Shown: positions 63,735 to 64,000 of the stretch, piece by piece
How positions within the stretch are numbered: position 1 is the stretch's first letter
Layout: every line of letters starts with the position of its first letter
From: an uncultured Gemmatimonadaceae bacterium
GTDB taxonomy: Bacteria; Gemmatimonadota; Gemmatimonadetes; Gemmatimonadales; Gemmatimonadaceae
DNA: 64,000 nucleotides
Direction: 5' to 3'
Assembly (NCBI GenBank): GCA_963843845.1
Contig: CAWJMB010000003.1
Location: forward strand, 199,072 to 263,071
Notes under the pieces: model-generated
What the model saw: the letters and a program-made list of their open reading frames with translations, nothing else
Told to the model about the DNA's origin: nothing
Databases searched by the model: none
Translations under genes and position numbers: made by a program

Positions 63735-64000
63735 GCTGGTCGCCCGGGTTCGGCCGCGCCCCATCGCGCTTCTGTCGCATCGCGTCGACGAGCGTGTGGG
63801 CGAGATTGCGCACCTCCTGCTGCACGGCGGCGTCGCGGTCGAGCGCCTCGTGGCTCGTCGCATACGGCTCCATGTAGCCGATGTAACGGTCGATCGTCGC
63901 GTGGTTCCCCGCCTGCTCGAGCTGCATGTCGAGCAGCCAGTCCGTGATCGCGCGCCGCGTGTTCTCGGCGCCCGCCGCGTCGCCGTGCGTGAACACGGTG
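63712..64000 (-). CDS. Flavodoxin/NADPH-dependent FMN reductase family protein, C-terminal part
   Basis: HGDAAGAENTRRAITDWL...DRYIGYMEPYATSHEALD; the 5' end lies outside the window. Confidence 0.65.
   Translation of the reverse strand, partial: TVFTHGDAAGAENTRRAITDWLLDMQLEQAGNHATIDRYIGYMEPYATSHEALDRDAAVQQEVRNLAHTLVDAMRQKRDGARPNPGDQLTDPRPK

Overview
A very GC-rich bacterial window, most consistent with a phototrophic member of Gemmatimonadota. This is an inference from gene order and protein style. Positions 1-11.7 kb hold the end of an anoxygenic photosynthesis gene cluster: bchN and bchF on the minus strand; ppaA/aerR, ppsR, bchG, pucC-like and bchP on the plus strand, with three PpsR-type boxes. 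The cluster runs directly into a tetrapyrrole block of hemA (glutamyl-tRNA reductase), hemF and hemY. The rest is a mixed accessory/housekeeping region. It includes S9, M28 and S41 peptidases, a rifamycin phosphotransferase-like gene behind an RAE-like palindrome, a large TonB-type outer-membrane protein with a partner gene, a lone tyrosine recombinase, and stress oxidoreductases. Also present are an acyl-CoA-dehydrogenase-fold gene coupled to tandem PAS histidine kinases, treZ and a cardiolipin synthase. Three signals stand out. (1) A four-gene minus-strand operon at 52.7-56.9 kb encodes a vWA protein, a Ser/Thr kinase with a degenerate FHA domain, a PPP-type phosphatase and a Zn-ribbon membrane protein; it resembles but differs from TerY-P conflict systems. 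(2) The octamer CGTTAGGC/GCCTAACG is dispersed, looks over-represented, and places rare TTA codons inside genes. (3) An RAE-like element lies before rph in a non-actinobacterial context. Many genes carry single-base frameshifts that look like sequencing indels, so the coordinates of split genes are approximate.
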